A stretch of 64,000 bases of DNA, taken from positions 52,407,294 to 52,471,293 of the forward strand of contig NC_068991.1 of NCBI RefSeq assembly GCF_001194135.2, in the 5' to 3' direction. The notes under the pieces are model-generated. The model had not been told where the DNA came from. It did not search any database and saw only the letters and a list, made by a program, of their open reading frames with translations. Shown piece by piece: positions 62,868 through 64,000 of this stretch (within the stretch, counting starts at the first letter, position 1; the number at the start of each line of letters is the position of its first letter). The position numbers and the translations under genes are program-made. The stretch is from Octopus bimaculoides. Taxonomy: Eukaryota.

Positions 62868-64000
62868 TGTAATATATAATATATATGCGTGTGAAACTAT
62901 CTGTGTATATGCGCGTGTTGTACGTATGTGTGTATGTATATATTCATGTGTGTATGTGTTTTAATATTGCTATAGTCCTTGCCTAGGTTAAAGCAGTATC
63001 GCTCAGAGTGTCTAGTTGCAGTTGTGTGTGCGCGCGCAATTGGCTGCAAAGTATCTCCTCTTCGCATTTGGGCAGCCAGACTCATGGAATAGAATGCAGT
63101 TGATGTAAGGGAGGCAACTTCTTTAAAATGATCATACGTTATACATTGGTTATTTCCCTTACATATGTTCTTGGGTACACGCATACATTTGTAGGAGAGC
63201 TCTTCCCAGCAGCAAAAAAGTTCATAGAAAGACTTGAGATAAGGAATGACTACTGAGATGTTGCTCGATAAATGTGATGATTCAGATCAAGAAATGAGAG
63301 GAAGAGAGTTAGCTAACAATGTAAATCAATGAGAAGTGTGTGGATTTTAATCTGGAGGTGGTGTAAATATCCAGTTTTAAAATAGAAGTATGGTCAGGTA
63401 ACATGATTAACAATTAGAGAGAATTTATCCCTTAGTTCAATGTGTATTTGCTAATTTGATGGTGAGGGAATTGTCAGAAATTAACCCGAAATTTGTCTAA
63501 GTGGCATTACTTCATGAAAAACTCAGATCTTGTAATCAAAGAGAGTCACAGAATTTTTGATGATTTTTTTTGCAATAGTTTTTTTTTTCTTCACCTATAC
63601 ATAATTGACATAATTAAGTACCATATTAAAATCTGTTCCTGAGTATTTAAGCTTCAAAGTGTGAGGAAAAGTGCATAGTATGCATGATTAAATTTTGACA
63701 TTATCTACACTCTGTAATTAGGAAATGTATTGATAGCTGTCAAAACTGAATTCCATATTAAGGAAAGACGAAAATGTATCAGCATAACAGTTGTTTTTTC
63801 CATATGTTTATAAATCTAAAACTGATTTGTTTATCTTAATAAAGCTAATATAAAGTAAAGATAAATACACTTCTCCTATCAATATCTGATCTAACTGAAT
63901 CCACATTCCATTAAATTACTTTTGATTTTTGCATAAAATATATAAAACTAAAATGTTCCAAATTGAAAGACTACTTGTGATAATGATTAACATTTTTTCC

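Overview
AT-rich, microsatellite-dense animal genomic DNA from a gapped short-read assembly. The repeat landscape (several tRNA-headed SINE families) looks like an octopus or other coleoid cephalopod; this is my inference, not a database result. Only one host protein-coding exon is supported: the first coding exon of BMP2/4 (dpp) at 61718-62237 (+). It encodes a signal peptide, a 41-codon poly-Ser insert and the FE..LL..FGL..RP / P.YM.DLY / ANTVRSF.H prodomain motifs, and ends at a phase-1 GT donor. The preceding ~61 kb has no other recognisable host CDS and is probably 5' introns plus regulatory gene desert. It holds four SINE families (labelled A-D here, my own labels), remnants of R4/Dong-like and Tx1/L1-like LINEs, mariner, pogo and hAT elements, a telomere-repeat-containing MITE and an intron-bearing tRNA-Lys pseudogene. 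Most notable: (i) minimal hammerhead-ribozyme folds inside two palindromes, one 167 nt upstream of the BMP2/4 exon on the sense strand and one with a U3-A8 compensatory core; (ii) signs that a Tx1-like LINE inserts into SINE-A and shares its 3' tail; (iii) three different R4/Dong 3' ends stacked in tandem. Most ORFs in the supplied track are gap or microsatellite artefacts. SINE boundaries are approximate (about +/-10 nt).
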